Shown: positions 63,099 through 64,000 of the stretch, in pieces
Numbering within the stretch: position 1 is the stretch's first letter
Layout: each line of letters opens with the position of its first letter
From: Tubulanus polymorphus
Lineage: Eukaryota; Animalia; Nemertea
Reading direction: 5' to 3'
Length of the DNA: 64,000 nt
Assembly (NCBI RefSeq): GCF_964204645.1
Contig: NC_134029.1
Location: 23,926,950 to 23,990,949 of the forward strand
Notes under the pieces: model-generated
What the model saw: only the letters and a program-made list of their open reading frames with translations
Database searches by the model: none
Told to the model about the DNA's origin: nothing
Position numbers and translations under genes: made by a program

Positions 63099-64000
63099 CA
63101 TTTTTTCGAAGAAAGGTGAGGAGCAAAACGTGAAGAAAGACAGTACAGCGAAATCACAGATAAATGAAAACGTGAATAACTTTCCAGTGAAAATAAGATT
63201 AAAGTATAATTTTATATCCTTTCGTAAGCTATCGATAAGTATAAAGAAAATTCACAGTTTTGAATTAAATCAGATTTTAATTTGGAAAAAATTCCGAAGA
63301 CTCATTCTGCGTGATCGGTATAGAGTGCATTGTCTGAATGATTTAATGAATCTCTTGAAGCGCGGCTGTCTAACGGCGAATGAAATATCTTCCGATGGTC
63401 AATGAGAAAATCGTATTTATCGCCGATACTAAATCTTTCCACGTCGATAATTACCAAACCCGAGACAGAAACACGAAAGAAAAATAATAAAACGCTTTGG
63501 TCGCGTCGGCTATTGTGGGAGCACTTTCAAAAAACAACGGTGAACGGATTCCTGCGCGTCTCGGCACAAATGAATCCAAGACAAGCAGCTGGTCCAGTTG
63601 AATATTATAAATGCATCGCGTATGATTTGAGATAAATCCTGACTATTGTCAACTCGTAGGCCGAAAACGTCGAAACAATTCCAAACGGATATTTTCAGGT
63701 ATCACAACCGCTATTTTATTTCCGATGGCCTTTCATCATTCAATATACTTAGGTCGGAGAAGGTCTTCGGGCGGGAGAGGTCGTCTGCAAGAAGTGCCGT
63801 CGATGTATAGCCGATAGAAAATATGCGATAGACTCGAATGAATGGAAATTCAATATACAGCATCGACAAAACAATAAATTGTACCCTCCCTCGACGACGT
63901 CGTTGTCAAATTTTTCATTCCGTCAGATATTTTAATGAGATATAAATAAGCTTTTCATACATCAAAAAATAATCGATGAAAGGAATTTCGCCAGATGCGC

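Overview
Eukaryotic, intron-containing, AT-rich genomic DNA, most likely from a marine invertebrate (lophotrochozoan-like gene content; this is inference, not an identification). Gene order: 3' part of PMS1 (+); a 10-exon SLC27/FATP acyl-CoA synthetase (-); an intronless peptide-type class A GPCR (+); three tandem 3-exon genes for GPI-anchored Ly6/three-finger-like proteins (-), each trailed by a 26-bp minisatellite; a single-domain secreted ACE/M2 peptidase (-); about 10 kb with no recognisable genes; PGRMC/MAPR (-); a second intronless GPCR (+); and a tandem array of eight NAT8/Camello-like membrane GNAT acetyltransferases (-), five intact and three disrupted, with a patchwork of shared sequence. 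Non-coding sequence holds many MITEs, LINE 3' ends and minisatellites. The most notable findings are the birth-and-death GNAT array, the atypical Ly6 triplet, two ultra-short palindromic insertions with 7-bp target duplications that resemble P-element excision footprints (one with its empty site in the window), and a minimal-hammerhead-like motif inside an inverted-repeat insertion. No prokaryotic system, CRISPR array, rRNA or convincing tRNA was found. Exon boundaries were read by eye and are approximate.
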